A stretch of 64,000 bases of DNA from an uncultured delta proteobacterium (GTDB lineage: Bacteria; Desulfobacterota; Binatia; UBA9968): assembly GCA_963771465.1 (NCBI GenBank), contig CAVYTU010000015.1, positions 608,001-672,000 of the forward strand. The letters run 5' to 3'. The notes beneath the pieces are model-generated. The model was not told where the DNA came from and did no database searches. It saw only the letters and a program-made list of their open reading frames with translations. The position numbers were made by a program, and so were the translations under genes. This document shows, one piece after another, positions 63,607 to 64,000 of the stretch (the first letter of the stretch is position 1; each line of letters begins with the position of its first letter).

Positions 63607-64000
63607 GTGGCAGACACACAACCCAAAGTCGGCATATTAATGGGCAGTGATTCCGATCTCGACGTCATGCGCGAAGCCGAAAAGCGGCTCGACTCGTTCG
63701 GCGTCGCTTACGAAACTCACATCATGTCGGCGCATCGCACGCCGGAACGGGCCGCTGAATATGCGGCAACGGCGGCAGAGCGTGGTTTAGAAGCGCTCAT
63801 CTGCGGCGCCGGTGCGGCGGCGCATCTGGCCGGCGCCATCGCGGCCAATACGACCTTGCCGGTGATCGGTGTCCCGATTGACGCTTCGAGCTTGCAAGGC
63901 TTGGATGCATTGCTCGCCACAGTGCAAATGCCGGCGGGCATTCCGGTGGCGACCATGGCGATCGGCAAGGCCGGCGCGGCCAACGCGGGAATCTTCGCCG
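63607..64000 (+). CDS. purE: N5-CAIR mutase, partial (runs off the window)
   Basis: [40 protein letters not shown]. Confidence 0.95.
   Translation, partial: MADTQPKVGILMGSDSDLDVMREAEKRLDSFGVAYETHIMSAHRTPERAAEYAATAAERGLEALICGAGAAAHLAGAIAANTTLPVIGVPIDASSLQGLDALLATVQMPAGIPVATMAIGKAGAANAGIFA

Overview
The window has three parts. (1) 1-4828: core metabolic and transport genes (Rieske oxygenase C-terminus, SDR, isochorismatase-family protein, ABC permease and solute-binding protein). (2) About 5084-51350: a ~46 kb genomic island integrated at the 3' end of a tRNA-Ala(CGC) gene. Its ends share the core TGGTGGAG (5084-5091 and 51343-51350), and each end carries one arm of a 17-bp inverted repeat, so they look like attL/attR sites of a large serine recombinase whose truncated C-terminal remnant lies at 50757-51392. 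The island holds an ExeA-like AAA-BON protein, two paralogous beta-helix proteins, a ~26 kb Wzy-dependent capsule/EPS locus (wza, wzc, wzx, wzy, WecA-like initiator, 7 glycosyltransferases, UDP-sugar dehydrogenase, epimerase, asnB, 4 methyltransferases), a LysR regulator and a ~13 kb patchwork of small and partly decayed genes (SRAP, pyrophosphatase-like, ATP-dependent ligase without Ku, thermonuclease, WYL-like, Hsp20, terminase-small-like HTH, and two recurring small-protein families). (3) 51343-64000: core genes (tRNA-Ala, galU, dksA, MBL-fold protein, rubrerythrin-DUF3501-Fur/PerR, DUF374, amidohydrolase, TctC/Bug, tRNA-binding protein, alr, purH, purD, purE). Single-base frameshifts also break housekeeping genes (alr, purH, purD), so many frameshifts are probably uncorrected long-read errors rather than true pseudogenes. 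Gene content resembles Candidatus Binatia/Deltaproteobacteria-like bacteria (inference only). All calls come from reading motifs by eye; no searches were run.
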